DNA of 64,000 nucleotides from an uncultured Acidimicrobiaceae bacterium (lineage in GTDB: Bacteria; Actinomycetota; Acidimicrobiia; Acidimicrobiales; RAAP-2), in assembly GCA_963800765.1 (NCBI GenBank), contig CAWDCF010000012.1, positions 574-64,573 on the forward strand, read 5' to 3'. Shown one piece after another: positions 63,741-64,000 of this stretch (the stretch's first letter is position 1; every line of letters begins with the position of its first letter). The position numbers and the translations under genes were made by a program. The notes under the pieces were generated by a model, which searched no databases, was not told the DNA's origin, and was given only the letters and a program-made list of their open reading frames with translations.

Positions 63741-64000
63741 TATCACTCCATTACGTACAAATTTAAGTTGCCACTCGGTCCGGCAACTTCCCACAACACC
63801 CAGATTATAGCGCTTAGAGCATCCAGATAGTAATCACTTTAGCACCCGTTTTACAATTGAGTCAGCGGCCACTTTAGAATGCACGATTCTGAAACCTTTG
63901 ATCTTGACTCACAACCCAGCCCGAGGCATTTTTGACTCTGGGTACGACGCGCTGAGGGTTCAACTTCAGCATTTGCTTCAGCAGATGAGCTGAATTCGAG

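Noticed and set aside
63835-63877. CACTTTAG direct repeat upstream of the AAA-DUF4143 gene
   Set aside because: Only two 8-bp copies; too weak to call an operator or iteron without comparative data.

Overview
Mostly a high-GC actinobacterial chromosome segment; gene content and order suggest an Acidimicrobiia-like organism (inference). Many single-base frameshifts, including one in lepA, point to an error-prone long-read assembly. Layout: (1) 1-~2700, a GC-rich fragment with a frameshifted glycosyltransferase and a VOC protein. (2) ~2700-~5600, an abruptly AT-rich, essentially non-coding, eukaryote-like block with MITE-like inverted-repeat elements, probably a chimeric join or contamination. 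(3) ~5800-15200, a LIV-type ABC transporter, esterase, TetR, acyl-CoA synthetase and 3-hydroxybutyrate dehydrogenase cluster. (4) ~15200-27600, an accessory region of small stand-alone genes ending at tRNA-Ile2(CAT) and tRNA-Asn. (5) ~27900-59600, core genes (sigma factor, dnaG, glyQS, hemW, recO, uppS, DinG, era, ybeY, phoH, rsmE, dnaJ, hrcA with a perfect CIRCE, lepA, rpsT, holA, folP, leuS). (6) tRNA-Ala(GGC) followed by a likely island (SEC-C protein, AAA/DUF4143 ATPase). The most interesting signal is a tandem array at the tRNA-Ile2 gene. The tRNA 3' half, cut exactly at the anticodon loop, is repeated up to four more times. Each copy is fused to all or part of a conserved 127-bp non-coding arm with internal repeats. 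The three tRNA-proximal units are each ~0.75-0.84 kb and carry exactly one gene (PNPOx-family protein, P-loop kinase, type IV pilin). No integrase is present in the window. This looks like an integron-like, tRNA-anchored array of single-gene cassettes mobilised in trans.
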